The notes under the pieces were generated by a model that worked only from the letters and a program-made list of their open reading frames with translations, was not told where the DNA came from and made no database searches. A stretch of DNA of 64,000 bases, taken from Octopus vulgaris (Eukaryota). Position 1 is the first letter of the stretch. Each line of letters opens with the position of its first letter. Positions 1-14,528 of this stretch are shown in pieces. The stretch lies in assembly GCA_951406725.2 (NCBI GenBank), contig OX597823.1, positions 91,078,001 through 91,142,000 of the forward strand. Reading direction: 5' to 3'. The position numbers and the translations under genes were made by a program.

Positions 1-120
1 ACATCGTTCCAGGTTCAGTCTCACTGCATGGCACTTGGGCAAGTTTCTTCTACTATAGCCTCAGGCCGACCAAAGCCTTGTGAGCCGATTTGGTTGATAG
101 AAACTGAAAGAAGCCTGTAG
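1..120 (+). mobile_element. tRNA-derived SINE family A (CORE-like), partial
   Basis: ggttcagtctcactgcatggcacttgggcaagt...gaaactgaaagaagcc matches the fuller copies at 17262 and 63155. Confidence 0.8.
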
Positions 121-135
121 AATTATATATGTATT

Positions 136-166
<31 letters not shown>

Positions 167-174
167 CTATATAT

Positions 175-700
175 CATCATTATCATCATCATCATCATCA
201 TCGTTTAACGTCTGTTTTCCATGCTGGCATGGGTTGGACGGTTCGACTAGGGTCTGGAAAGCCAGGAGGCTGCACCAGGCCTCAATCTGATCTGGCAGTG
301 ATTCTACAGCTGGATGTTCTTCCTAACGTCAACCATTCTGAGAGTATGGGGAGTCAGTTGCGGGTACTGGCAATGACCATGTCCGAATGGTACTTTTTAC
401 ATGTCACTGGTACAGGAGTCAGTCAGGTGCCACTGGCATTGACCACACTTGAATGGTAGTTTTTATGTGTCACTGGTAAAGAAGCCAGTCAGGTGGAAGT
501 GGCAATGACCAAACTTGAATGGTGCCTTTTGTGTGCCACCAGAGTGGAAGCCAGTCAGGCAGCACTGGCAACGACTATGCTTGAATGGTGCTTTTTATGT
601 GGCACCAGCACGGGAGCAAGTCAGGGGGATCTGGCATCGACCATGTTTGAATGGTGCTTTTTACGTGCCACACTTTTTACGTGCCACACTTAAATGGTGC
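175..700 (-). mobile_element. RTE-clade LINE 3' end (family C) with (GAT)n tail and about five 66-bp tandem units
   Basis: (CAT)n followed by gtttaacgtc...catgggttggacgg; gaatggt recurs at 385, 451, 517, 583 and 649; many other copies in the window. Confidence 0.8.
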
Positions 701-721
701 TTTAATAATAATAATAATAAT

Positions 722-917
722 GGCTTCAAATTTTGGCACAAGGCCAGCAATTTGGTAGGAGGACATAAGTTAATTACATCAACCCTGGTACACAACTGGT
801 ACTTTATTTTATCGACTCTGAAAGGATGAAAGGCAAAGTCAGCCTTAGCAGGATTTGAACTCAGAATGCACTAAGCATTTTGCCCAACATACTAACAGTT
901 CTGCCAGCTCGCCGCCT
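722..917 (-). mobile_element. tRNA-derived SINE family B (Deu/Nin-like central domain)
   Basis: Reverse complement reads ggcggcgagctggcagaa...ttctgagttcaaatcc...gcctttcatcctttc...gataaaataaagtaccag. Confidence 0.8.
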
Positions 918-1274
918 CGTTCCAAACCAATATATAAACAACAGGTTTAAATCTTCAATGAGACCCTTTGCTATCTTTAAACACTTCACCATTATAGTTT
1001 CCTGCGATGCTATTTAGACAAAGGGTCCATTTAGTAGTGCTCACTTTATTCACAACAAAATCTAAATAACACAAACAACAACAATAACAAAAACGAACAA
1101 AAAAAATAAAATAAAAGACAAGCAAGAACCAACCTAATATTCAGTTTCAAATACCAAATTCCAATTTCAGAATCGTTTCCATCAATCTTTCATGAAAATG
1201 GAAGAATTACTTTCAGTTTTCTTTTGCAATATTTTTTCATGTAAACTTATTTTTTTATATTTTGTGTCTACCTA

Positions 1275-1295
1275 CATTATTATTATTGCTGATAC

Positions 1296-1349
<54 letters not shown>

Positions 1350-1410
1350 CATCACCACTATCATCATTAATATTATTATCATCATTATCATCATCATTGT
1401 CATCACCGCG

Positions 1411-1448
<38 letters not shown>

Positions 1449-1613
1449 GATGATGATGATGATGATGATGATCATCATCATCATCATCATCACCACTATT
1501 GTCATCATTATTATTATCACCACCAACATTATCATCATCGTTATTACTATTAACCGCCCCACCATCACCATCATCATCATCATCATCATCACAATGATTA
1601 TTATTATTATTAC

Positions 1614-1667
<54 letters not shown>
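1275..1667. repeat. Compound (ATT)n/(ATC)n microsatellite
   Basis: Seen directly; it produces the poly-I/N/L ORFs. Confidence 0.97.
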
Positions 1668-1668
<1 letters not shown>

Positions 1669-2024
1669 GAGTTTCAGAAATTTGTTCCGGAAAAGCAACC
1701 AAAGAGAATTTGTCTCTGATAACATTATTTTTCTCTTGTTGTTTTGTTTTATTTTATTTTATTTTTTTAATTTTTAAAAATTTTTTTGTTGCTTTGTGTT
1801 TTCGTTGTTGTTTTTTTTCTTTTCTTTTTCTAGTTATTATTGTGTTTTGTGTTTGAAGTCGCTTCTCGTCTGATAAATTAATTTTATTAAACATCTTGTC
1901 CTCAGAAGCCCTCCAGTTTTTAGCGATGTCAGTTGCTGTTACTCTTAACCCATGCTGTTGTTGTTGTTGTTGTTGTTGTTGCTGCTGTTAATGTTAATAT
2001 TACGTTAGTTACTGTTATTGCTAA

Positions 2025-2318
2025 AATACACACACACACACACATACACTGATGTATACACACACATATACTAAGCTGCACATAGACACATACAGATATA
2101 TTTCTGTACGTATACACACATATGCATACACATACATATATACATATACACTCGCATACAAACATACTGATGTATACATGCATACACACACACACGCACA
2201 CACAGACATACATGCATATATTCATACAGAGATGCACATACATGTACACACACATGTGTACACGCATTGTACACGCACACTTACTCTCTTTCACAAACAC
2301 TCACAGACACATACAATG

Positions 2319-2366
<48 letters not shown>

Positions 2367-2840
2367 TCACATATGCATATATTCATACACACACATGTAC
2401 ACTCAAACATGCACACACAATCACACACACACATACTCACCCCTATACACACACTTACATATGCATATACTCTCACACATACATACACATATGCACACAC
2501 ACACTCACTCACTCCCACACACGCACACAATCACACATTCATTCACACACATTGACTCTCAGACACACAATGACGCACACACACAATGACACACACAATC
2601 ACACATAGACACAATCACATACACACTCTCACACACACAATCACACACACACTCATACACACACAATCACACACACACTCATACACACAATGACACACAC
2701 AATATCACACACACACACACACACAATCACAATCACACTCACACACATGTACACTTATACACACTCACACACACACACACACACACACACACAAATACAC
2801 AATGACACACACAATCACACACATACACTCACACACACAC
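2025..2840. repeat. Degenerate (CA)n/(TA)n microsatellite
   Basis: Seen directly. Confidence 0.95.
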
Positions 2841-3421
2841 TGTAAGACAATGCTTCTTTACTTCACAGCATCATTTTATTTAATTAGCAACTGTAGCTTT
2901 ATGCTGGTAATTATTTTAATTTAAATTTAAAAGAAGATAAAATTAAATATTGAAACTATATATAAAAACAAAAACAAAAAATAATATATAAGCTGAAGCA
3001 AAGCAAATAAAAAAAATGAAAAACAAAAAACAAATGACCAAAGAAGCAAAAACACTACAACAACAACAACGACAACGACAACAATATCAATATCAAACAC
3101 GAAGAAAAGTTAACGAAAGAAGTAAGGACATAAAAGTGTGTTGGTCGTAATTTCTTATTGAAATTAGCTATTTCTGAATTTAATTGAGATATAATTTTAC
3201 AATATAAGTTCAAAAGAAGGAGAGAGAGAGAGAGAGAGAGAGAGGGGAGGGAGGGAGGGGGATGAGAAAACGAGATGTTAAAAATATAACAAAAATGTGA
3301 AATTAGAAGTGTATATATATGTGTCTGTATGTATGTATATGTACAGAGGTGTATATATGTATGTATATAGATGTATATATATATATATGTCTCTCTCTCT
3401 ATATATATATATTTATCTCTG

Positions 3422-3480
<59 letters not shown>

Positions 3481-3485
3481 GTATG

Positions 3486-3520
<35 letters not shown>

Positions 3521-3929
3521 ATGTATCTAATGGAATGAAAGAAAGAATGATAGAGATGTAAGAACTGATGAAGAATTGTACAAGTATCTTTGTGGTTTGA
3601 TTTCTTGATTCCAATTCACAAATACAAATTTCTCAATTTTTGTTTTCTACATAAACATTCTCCAAATTCTACTGATATCAATGAAAGAAGGAAACTACCA
3701 TGCAGCCTCACAATCTGCGAAAATAATAGCCAAATATCACCATGCACTTAGGATTTGCAGTCTTAACGAAAAGGAAGATAGAGCGGATTGCATGACATAG
3801 TCTTATATATGGAATGACTGTGGGATGACAATAATATAAGATGCTATGAACACAATAATATAAGATACTATGATCGTAATAATATAAGATGTGATCATAG
3901 CATCTTATATTATTGTGATCATAGCACCT

Positions 3930-4275
3930 TCATCATCATCATCATCATCGTTTAACGTCTGCTTTCCATGCAGGCATGGGTCGGACGGTTCAACTGGGGT
4001 CTGGGAAACCAGAATGCTGCGCCAGGCCCAGTCTGATCTGGCAGTGTTCCTACAGCTGAATGCCCTTCCTAACACCAACCACTCCGTGAGTGTAGTGGGT
4101 GCTTTTTATGTGCCTCTGGCACAAGTGCCAGATGAGGCTAGCAAATGGCCACGATTGGATGGTGCTTTTTACATGCCACCGGCACGGAGGCCAGACGACG
4201 CTGGCAATGGCCACAATTGGATGGTGTTTTTTACGTGCCACCGGCACGGAGGTCAGTCGGGGCGGCGCTGGCAAC
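3930..4275 (-). mobile_element. RTE LINE 3' end (family C)
   Basis: Same (CAT)n-gtttaacgtc-catgggt-gcccttcctaa motifs plus tandem units. Confidence 0.8.
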
Positions 4276-4792
4276 CTTATATTATTATAATAATATAAGA
4301 TTTTGTGATCGTAATAATATAAGAATAAACCATTTTACATGTCTGTATTAGCGTATATGTTATGAACTACATAATACTATTGTACAATTTATAAGGTAAA
4401 GAAGGCTTGCTCATCAGATCAAAGAATATCACGGTTACATCCATTCATCAGGTCAATATTTACTTATAAAGGCAGTAAGACATCTGGGAAGTAATTACTC
4501 CTAATGAAATAATCTTTAATAATTGGATTTACTGAATTTCAGCTGCATAGTACTCTGCATTATATCCTTTTCTTTTGGTTTTGTTTATTAGAATGTGGTT
4601 TGTAGCCTGATCCATTGAAGGAGCTTTTTTGTGAGTATCATTGAATAAGCTAAATTCATATATTGTACATTAAATATATATTTATGTATGTATGTATGTA
4701 TGTATGTATGTGTATGTATGTATGTCCGTCTGTCTATCTATCTACCTATCTATGTATCTATCCCTCTCTCTCTCTCTCTCTCTATCTGTCTG

Positions 4793-4829
<37 letters not shown>

Positions 4830-4835
4830 TATAAT

Positions 4836-4909
<74 letters not shown>

Positions 4910-4914
4910 TCCTC

Positions 4915-5137
4915 CTCATCATCATTGTTTAACGTCTGTTTTCCATGCTAGTATGGGTTGGACGGTTTGACCAGGGTCTGGAAAGCCAGGAGGCTGCACC
5001 AGGCTCCAGTCTAATCTGGCAGTGTTTCTACAGCTGGATGCCCTTCCCAATGCCAACAACTCCGTGAGTGTAGTGGGTGCTTTTTACGAGTCATCGGAAC
5101 TGGTGCCAGGGGAGGCTGGTATCGGCCACATTCGGAT
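4915..5137 (-). mobile_element. RTE LINE 3' end (family C)
   Basis: Same family motifs. Confidence 0.8.
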
Positions 5138-5146
5138 GAGAAGAGA

Positions 5147-5207
<61 letters not shown>

Positions 5208-5264
5208 ATAGAAAGATGAAAGATATGTATATAAACTGGAATTTTTAACATTAATAATACAGGT

Positions 5265-5740
5265 GAGATGACGATGTGGCAGAATCGTTAGCACCTTTCT
5301 CAGAATACTTGGTGGCATTTCGTCCTATCTTTACATCCTGAGTTCAAATTCTGCTGAGGTCGAATTTGCTGTTCATTCTTTCAGAGTTGATAAAATAAGT
5401 ACCAGTTAAACACTGGCATCGATGGAATGACTGTAGCCCCTTCCCTGAAATTGCTGGCCTTGTGCCAAAATTCAGAAGCATAGTGTAATGCCTTGAAGGG
5501 TTTCAGTTGAGGATGTTGGTCCCTGTATTTGATCTTTTATTCTTTTACTTGTTTCAGTCATTTGACTGTGGCCATGCTGGAGCACTGCCTTTAGTCAAGC
5601 AAATCGACCCCAGGACTTATTCTTTGTAAGCCTAGCACTTATTCTATCAGTCTCTTTAGCTAAACCGCTAAGTTACAGGAATGTAAACACACCAACATCG
5701 ATTGTCAAGCAGTGGTGGAGTGGGGAGCAAAGACAGACAC
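5265..5740. mobile_element. SINE family B (+, ~5265-5475) followed by the tail of SINE family A (-, ~5535-5740)
   Basis: gagttcaaattc/gataaaataagtaccag, then tttacttgtttcagtcatttgactgtggccatgctggagc. Confidence 0.75.
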
Positions 5741-7051
5741 ACACTAGCACATGCATGCATGCACACATACAAACACACACACGCACACACACCACACACA
5801 CAAACATGCACACAAACACACACACACGTACAGACACACACACACACTCCCCTGCCAGTATATGGAAATGTGCATTTTTGCAACTCTGAGGGTTTTAACT
5901 CTTATTTCTAGCAATATAAGTGCTATATATATATTCATTATTAAACACACACACACACACACACACAATATGGGTTTTTACACAGTTTATGTTTTCCAAA
6001 ATCACTCACACCTGGTCAAGGTACCACACTGTGGGATTGAACTTGAATGCACATGTTTGCAAAGCAAGTTTGTGAAGAGTACAGTTATGACTCTGCCTGT
6101 TGCATTATTAATAAAATCACGTAACTAAATGCAATAAACAAAATAATTAGTTTTTCCTTTTATGAGGAAAAAGATGGCAGTTAACCAAAATCCTGCCGTT
6201 TTATATGCAATGCCCTCTGCATCTTGTACAACCCAAAGAACTTAACTTAGCTTACTGGAAACCTTTGACGCAAGGTGAAGAGACTCTAAATTTCAAAAGA
6301 ATAATTAGTTCAAAGAACATCTGAAAGCATTCAAAACCTTACAAAGAATTCGTTTTATAAGGAAAGGGCTTGTTAAGCTACCAATAAAATATAATTCTGA
6401 AAAATACACTTCTTTTGTTGTTGACATTTTGAAACATTTTCAGATTTTCAATGTAACAATTTAAGTAGAGACTTCAGTTTGAAGCAGCACAATGTAAACA
6501 TAGAGTTTCAGTGTGATACCAATCTGTGTTAAATGTCAGGGACTCGTGTATCTGAGTGTCTACAAAACTGATGTTCATCCTCATGTGATACGGAAGCTAA
6601 TACAGGTTCTTTTTTTACACCTGTAATACTTCTCTATGTACAACAGCGAACTGGTTGCTCAGCATGGAACATGCATTTTTCATCACCATTAGTATTCCAT
6701 ACATGTGTATGTCTGTGTGCATGTGTATATGAACACACACACATGTATGTATATACATATATATAATGAGAAGTAGTAAGGATAAATAAATCGAGGTAGA
6801 TATTAATAAAGCTCTGTAATTGAGTGAACTTGGTTGACTACATCAAACAATCAGATAACAATAAATTCAAATAGAATTAAAATCAAAGGTAATTCCTTGT
6901 GTACGATAAAGTAAATCCAAATATCATTTAGAAGAATTTCAAGAGATCCAGAGTATACAAGAACATGAACAAAGATGGAAAAAATCATATCTGTAATTGA
7001 TGATTATGCCATAGACTATCTTTGATCGTTTCTATTATGCCAATATATATT

Positions 7052-7607
7052 CGAGGGTGAGTTAAAAAGTAATGCCATTTTGCATAATTACCAACACAGG
7101 AACATGTATCATACATCAAAATGAAGCTGGTCCTCTGTGGATCACATCCCTACTTCTCAGCATAGTCACTGTTTCTCTCAATAGCATTATTCCAACTTCG
7201 AATGAGAACATGTGTCCCTGCCCCATAAAATTCTGTTGACTGTTCTTTGAGCTACTTCTTCACTACAGTTTTCACTTCCTCGTCACTGGAATAATATTTG
7301 CCTCTCAAACCCTCTTTCATGGGGTCGAAGAGATGATAGTCTGAAGGCGTTAAATTACTCCAGTGATGAGGAAATGAAAACTGTAGTAAAGAAGTGGCTC
7401 AAAGAACAGTCAACAGAATTTTACAGGCAGGGATACATGCCCTGATTCGAAGGTGGAACATTGCTATTGAGAGAAACAGCAATTATGTTGAGGAGTAGGG
7501 ATGTGATCCACAGAGGACCAGCTTCATTTTGATGTATGATACATGTTCCTGTGTTGGTAATTATACCTGTCCTAAACAAAATGGCCTAACTTTTTGACTC
7601 ACCCTTG
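7052..7607. mobile_element. Palindromic mariner-derived MITE made of two 3' ends joined head to head
   Basis: TIRs cgagggtgagttaaaaagt / actttttgactcacccttg followed by TA; the minus strand of the left arm reads TPSDYHLFDPMKEGLRGKYYSSDEEVK (mariner C-terminus); the right arm is its reverse complement. Confidence 0.88.
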
Positions 7608-7909
7608 TAGAAATAGAATAAAAGGTACAAAATACCAGCCAAATGAATTTATCTGAAAATTTATGCTAACATAATGTAATTAAGGAACCCAAAATAGGTT
7701 AAATTCAATAGTTATATGTAGCAGGTGAAATAATAAGTGCTGAGTTACTCCCCATGTTGTTTTACTCCTTCTTGTTGCTGTGCGTTCTTTGTGTTATGTC
7801 TCTGCTCACCTTTCACTGTATAGGACCTGTGTTTAGGCACAACAGTGGGAGTTTAATGCCATTAACATTAGAAAGGTTTAATTGTTGTGTGTTCAGTGAT
7901 TCTAATCAT

Positions 7910-8305
7910 AAACACACACATACACGCCACATACACACACACCACACATACACACAAATGCACAAACACATACACACATCACACACACACACATGCAAAC
8001 ACACACATGCCACACACACATGCCACACACACACACAAATACACACACAAACACTCACACACACCACACACATGCCACACACACACTCTACACACGCACT
8101 CAAACACATGCACACATGCACATACACACAGATACAAACACACACACATGAAAACACACATATGCCACACACACACGTCACACACACACAAATGCACACA
8201 AAAACACTCACACACACCACACATGCCACACACACACACACTACACACACACACACACACAAACACATGCACACACACATACACACACACAAATACACAC
8301 ACACA
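7910..8305. repeat. Degenerate (CA)n tract
   Basis: Seen directly. Confidence 0.95.
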
Positions 8306-9139
8306 CCTCCCCCACACTATTTATTAGAGCTGAAAAATCTTCACAAACTATTACTCTTTCAGTTTTCAGCTTTAATGAAATGGAATTATGCTCTGCCTTT
8401 GGTATTTGAGAACTATTTTTTCACCTTGGTCATCAGTTACAGGCTTACTTGTGTGTAAATGTATGTATGTATATACACATATGCATATGTGTGCGTGTAT
8501 GCACACACGTGTATGTATATACAAAATTGTCATTATTGTTTAATGTGCGCTTTTCCATGCTCACATGATTTGGATGAAATTTCTTGAGGCAGATTTTCCA
8601 AGGCTGGACGCCCTTCTCGTCATCAACTTTCACTTTTTCTCAAGTAAGATAACATTTCCTTATGTTTCCACAAATGATTGGGAGATGCAGCACACTTCTT
8701 GTACGACACAGATGCTCATTTACAACCACCACACTTTGTTAAGATAGGGAGATACCAACATATACAATCACACACCCACAAACGTATATATGCAGTTTCC
8801 AGCCATCAAATCCACTCACAAGGATTTCATTGGCTCAGGGTTCTGGTAGAAGACACTTACTCACTGTTCCATGCAGTGGGATTGAACTTGAAACCATGTG
8901 GCTGGAAAGTAAACTTCCCAACTACAAGGCTTTACCTGAAACATACCATGATCTAACAGATGTAAAAACTTTTAATCTGGCATTGATGATCTTTACAGTC
9001 ATAACAATATTCCAGTGATCTTTGTCCACTTACTGCAAAGTGCATCACTGACTCAATATCATTACTATTCAAGCATATTAATGATGGAACCAAAATACTT
9101 TGAAATATTAATGGACTAATGAATCAAGTTGACCATCCA

Positions 9140-9332
9140 GAAGAATTGCAGGAGATTCCAAAGTTGTCTGAAGACCATATTTGAAGCCAATGGCGATTTT
9201 ATTGAATAAATTTACTCTTTAGTATTTTAAGATATTTTTATGTAATTTTGGTAAATATATCTGTTAAAATGAGATGTTAGGGTTATTTTCAGTTTGCGTG
9301 ATTTAAATGACAATTTATTCACTGTACCCTGT
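9140..9332 (+). mobile_element. 3' end fragment of a Tc1/mariner element (same family as 21173-21752)
   Basis: gaagccaatggcgattttattgaataaatttactctttagta is the reverse complement of ~21290-21335; ends in accctg-TA. Confidence 0.75.
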
Positions 9333-9617
9333 ATATATATATACATATATCATGTGCTCTCATACACACATATGCATTCTATGTGTACATGTTTATAAAC
9401 GTTTATTTAATACACACACACACACATATATATTCACATACCTATATATATTATGCACTGACTTACATTGACACACATAAATACACACATTGACATGCAC
9501 TCAAAGATATACACAAACATATACAAACATGTATAGGTGCATGGGTGTGTATATATATACATAAAAATAATATATATATATCTGTGTATATATATATAAT
9601 GTATATATAAATACATT

Positions 9618-9652
<35 letters not shown>

Positions 9653-10239
9653 TATATGTATATATATATACATATATATAATGTATATATATGCATATAT
9701 ATATTGTATGTATATATACATATATATAATGTATATATATGCATATGTATACATGTATATATTATATGTATGTATATATATGCATATATATACATTATAT
9801 ATATGTATATATACATACAATATATATATATATATATGTACATGCACTATGCAAACATATAACATACATATACGCATGCATATATATTACTATATGTATG
9901 CATGCATATGTGTGTCTGTATATGAGAGTTTATGTATACACACACACACATATATATGCATATATTAGTAGAACCGTAGGAAACAGCAACAGCAATCATA
10001 CCTTCAATTGCTACTAATATATTTCATAGTTCCGAGCAATAAGAAAAATAAAAACCCAAAAAACAAAAGAAACCCAAAAAAGAAAAATGAATGCTGCTCC
10101 ATTTTTTGAATGAAATACGCAAAATTTAATCAAATTGTATTAAATTATTTTTGAGGTTTTCTTCTCTAACTCAATTATTCTAAGAGCAATGGAAATCATG
10201 TCGGGGGGGAAAAAAACCAAACAAAATTTAATAAATACA

Positions 10240-10242
10240 TAA

Positions 10243-10309
<67 letters not shown>

Positions 10310-10350
10310 TTATTGCTGCTACTACCACTACTACTACTACTACTACTATA

Positions 10351-10405
<55 letters not shown>

Positions 10406-10444
10406 TTGCTACTGCTGCTGTTGCTACTACTACTACTACTACTA

Positions 10445-10490
<46 letters not shown>

Positions 10491-10515
10491 CACCACCACC
10501 ACCACCACCACCACC

Positions 10516-10574
<59 letters not shown>

Positions 10575-10599
10575 CACCACCACCACCACCACCACCACC

Positions 10600-10639
<40 letters not shown>

Positions 10640-10640
10640 T
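10240..10640. repeat. (ACT)n/(ACC)n microsatellite
   Basis: Seen directly. Confidence 0.97.
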
Positions 10641-10664
10641 AGCAAAAACAACAATGACAATGAC

Positions 10665-10696
<32 letters not shown>

Positions 10697-10914
10697 TGGT
10701 TTCAAATTTTGTCACAGGGGCAGAAACTTTGGGGAAAGGGATGAGTCAATAACATTGACCCCCAGTATTCAACTGGTACTTATTTTATTGACCCTGAAAG
10801 GATGAAAGGTAAAGTGGACCTCGGTGGGATGTGGATCCAGAATATAATGATGGAGGAAATGTTGCTAAGCATTTTGCCTGGTATTGCTAATAATTCTGCC
10901 AGCCTTACCATCCT

Positions 10915-11224
10915 AATAATAATAATGATGATGATGATGATGATGATGACGGCGACGATTACGATGATGACGAGGATGATGATGGTGATAATGATGATGA
11001 TAATGGTGATGATGGTGATGATGATGGTGAAGATGATGATAATGATGATGACAATGACAATGACGACGACGATGATGATGACGGTGATGATGATGATAAT
11101 GGTGATGATTATGATGATAATGATGATGATGATGATGACGATGACTATGACGACGACGATGATGATAATGATAATGATGATGATGATGGTGATGATGATG
11201 ATGATGGTGATGATTATGATGATA

Positions 11225-11258
<34 letters not shown>

Positions 11259-11315
11259 CGACTATGACGACGATGATGATGATAATGGTGATGATTATGA
11301 TGATGATGATGATGA
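10915..11315. repeat. (GAT)n-type microsatellite
   Basis: Seen directly. Confidence 0.97.
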
Positions 11316-11559
11316 TAGAATTATTATAAGGAATTAGAAATACAAAGGAACCACGTAGAAAGTGAAGAACGTACCTTGAATATTTTTTCTCCTCATCGCA
11401 CTCCGTTTTTTTTTTTGTCCCTCTGCAAATCCCCACAAAATACTCACACATATATACCTATGCTTCTATGCACTCACACATACACACAGACACAGACATA
11501 CACACACACACTCATGTACACATACACACATACATATATATACATAGACACATCTCAGC

Positions 11560-11985
11560 ATGATTGTTGCCAGGGCCAGGGATTGGCTCTTGAGTCGATG
11601 GCAGGTAAAAAGCACCATTTGAGCCTAATCATTACCAGCGTCGCATAACCAGCACATGTGCCGGTGACACCTAATAACCAACATTCGGGCACGGTCGTTG
11701 CCAGTGTTGCTGGACTAACTCCTATGCAGGTGGCATGTAAAAAGCACCATTTGAGGTGGTCATTGCCAAAACCACCTGACTGGACCCCATGTTGGTGGCA
11801 TGTAAAAGCACCCACTACACTCTCGGAGTGGTTGGTATTAGGAAGGGCATCCAACTGTAGAAACTCTGCCAGATCAGATTGGAGCCTGGTGCAGCCTCCT
11901 GGCTCACCAGTCCTGTCAAACTGTCCAACCCATGCCAGCATGGAAAGTGGACGTTAAACGACGGTGACGATGATGATGATGATGA
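11560..11985 (+). mobile_element. RTE LINE 3' end (family C)
   Basis: Tandem units, then ggttggtattaggaagggcatcc and gttaaacga(tga)n tail. Confidence 0.8.
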
Positions 11986-12594
11986 TACACATAGAGATGT
12001 ATAAATGCATGTTATAATTTTTAATGATATACATTCAAGTGTGTACGTAAGTGTATGTAGAGGAAAAAAAAAAAAAATTTGGTTGTCAGTATGTATGTGT
12101 GTGTGTGTCTATCTATATGTATGTGTATGTGTGTATTCATAATTATACAAGGTATGTGATTAACTATATTCACGCACATACATTAATGAACAGTAACATT
12201 CAACATATGTTCATATAGATACATACACATATGTTCATATATATGTTTATGTATGTGTGTGGATGTGTTTGTCTATATATGCAAATGGATGTGTGTATTC
12301 ATATCTAAATATTCATATACCTATGTGTGTGCACATATGCTTATACACACACGCACTCACACACACATCCAGAGAGACATGCATACACACATACAATGGT
12401 ATGTATGCATACATACATATATATAAGAATATTTATTACAAGTAATTCGAATTATGACTGTGACTAATAAATATAATTCTCTACTTTTCTGTCTGTCTTT
12501 GTATGTATATATGTATATATATATGTGTATGTATATATATATATATATATATAGATGTATGTGTGTGTGTATATATATATATATATATGCATAC

Positions 12595-12633
<39 letters not shown>

Positions 12634-12647
12634 TGTATGTGAGTGTT

Positions 12648-12691
<44 letters not shown>

Positions 12692-12798
12692 AATATATAT
12701 ATGGTTGTATTCATAGCTTTTGTCTATAGTATTACATGTTTACATATGTTTTGCAAAAATTGTAGCAGATATACCATATATCATATCTCATATATATA

Positions 12799-12834
<36 letters not shown>

Positions 12835-13102
12835 TGTATGTATGTATGTGTATAACATGTTTATGTACAGAGTTGTTGAAATATATTGAAATATAAATTC
12901 ATATGAAGTTATAATTGTGTCTGATGGAAAATGTATGAGTTTTAGGTTTTTGTATGCCCTTGTGACTTTGTCAATATAGAAAAATGAGGAATAAAAGTTA
13001 ACAGTTAAATTCACAGAACAAGAAAAAAACAAAAAAATAAACGAAAAATGGAAAAGACATAATAAAAACAAATTAAAGAGAATTGTACAAAAAAACTAAA
13101 AA

Positions 13103-13147
<45 letters not shown>

Positions 13148-13224
13148 CATATATCTAATGTAAATTCATAAAATATCATATTACGTGAAGCAATAATTTT
13201 CTGAACTGCCGCCGTCTCTTGCAG

Positions 13225-13407
13225 ACTTCTGTTCTCTGCTATTGCGACAAACATGTCGAAATTTGTGATATATGTTTTGTTGTGATGTTGCTTTGTAAAG
13301 TTGATGTACCTCTTGAAGTTCTTTTGAAGTGTATTTCACATGAGCTTTGTTCTTTTAATAGGTGGTTGCATGCAGTGCTTCCAGAGTGGTTTGTAATGAA
13401 GAACGAA
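13225..13407 (+). other. Candidate exon (183 nt, phase 0-0 open frame; may be UTR)
   Basis: Unique sequence; acceptor gtctcttgcag| and donor gaa|gtaaga; no stop in frame TSVLCYCDKH...FVMKNE; no recognisable homology. Confidence 0.3.
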
Positions 13408-13726
13408 GTAAGAGACCCATATCTCTGTTTATTTTTGTCAATATAAAATAAAAAAGATCATAAATTAGCTAAAGATGACTTAATATACTGTGGCTGTAAA
13501 CAAATTTATTTTTGTTTATTAATTAGAATTGTGCCCATGGTGAGGAGAACGAAGTGTCAGTGTGAGTGAGTAACGGTTGTCAATAAATGTAAGGGAGATA
13601 ATTTTGGGTGTGTTTTACTTTTATTAGAACTTTTACAGCAAGGAATAGTCATATTAAAGCTAGTAGTTACCAAAACCTATGGTTAGTGGGAAACAGAAAG
13701 GTTTTTCAGTGGATTATGATTAACTA

Positions 13727-14160
13727 ACATCATCATCATCATCATCATTACCATTGTCACCATTGCTGATGTCATTGTTGTCATCGTCATCTTCGCTGTC
13801 ATCATCATTGTTGTCATTGTCGTTGTCATCATAGCTGTTGTCATTATTGTTGTCATCATTGTCGTTGTTGTCATTGCCATCATTGTTGTCGTAATCATTG
13901 CCGTTGTTGTAGTTGTTGTCATTATTGTTGTTGTTATCATCGTTGTCATCGTCATCGTCGTCCTTGTCGTTGTCATCATTGTTGGCATTGCCGTCATTTT
14001 TGTCATCATCGTTGCTGTCGTTGTAGTTTTTGTCATTATTGTTGTTGTTATCATCGTTGTCATCGTCATCGTCGTCCTTGTCGTTGTCATCATTGTTGGC
14101 ATCGTCGTCGTCATCGTCATCGTCATCATCATTATCATCATCATCATCACTATCATTCAT
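13727..14160. repeat. Degenerate (GTC/GTT/ATC)n tract with an internal ~114-bp-period duplication
   Basis: 13906-13995 is nearly identical to 14020-14110. Confidence 0.85.
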
Positions 14161-14528
14161 CTTCCAAGCTGGCATGTGCTAGATGGTTTGACAAGAACTG
14201 GCAAACCAGAAGACTTTACCAGGCTCTGGTGCCTGTCTTGGCATTGTTTCTATGGGTGTATACTCGTTCTAATGCCAATCACTCTTTACAGAGTATCCTG
14301 GGTGCTTTTTACCTGGCATCACCTTATTTCATTTCTTTCCAGCCTCCTCATCTCTTCTGCATCCAAGGCCCATATCTTGCTGCCATACAATATTGCAATT
14401 CAAACACAATCACCAAAGAACCGACCTTTCTATCTGTTATATTGCTTGAATTTAATTCTATGTTCTGACTAAGTACCAAACTAAGTTTGGTGACTCTGCT
14501 TTATTTCGTGCATTCCCCTTGTGTCCTT

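Noticed and set aside
352-700. Regular 66-bp periodicity resembling a CRISPR array
   Set aside because: The whole unit is repeated with no unique spacers, the context is eukaryotic and there are no cas genes
1192-2608. Long ORFs (poly-I/N/L, HT/YI/CV repeats) here and throughout the ORF track
   Set aside because: They are translations of microsatellites with no coding signal
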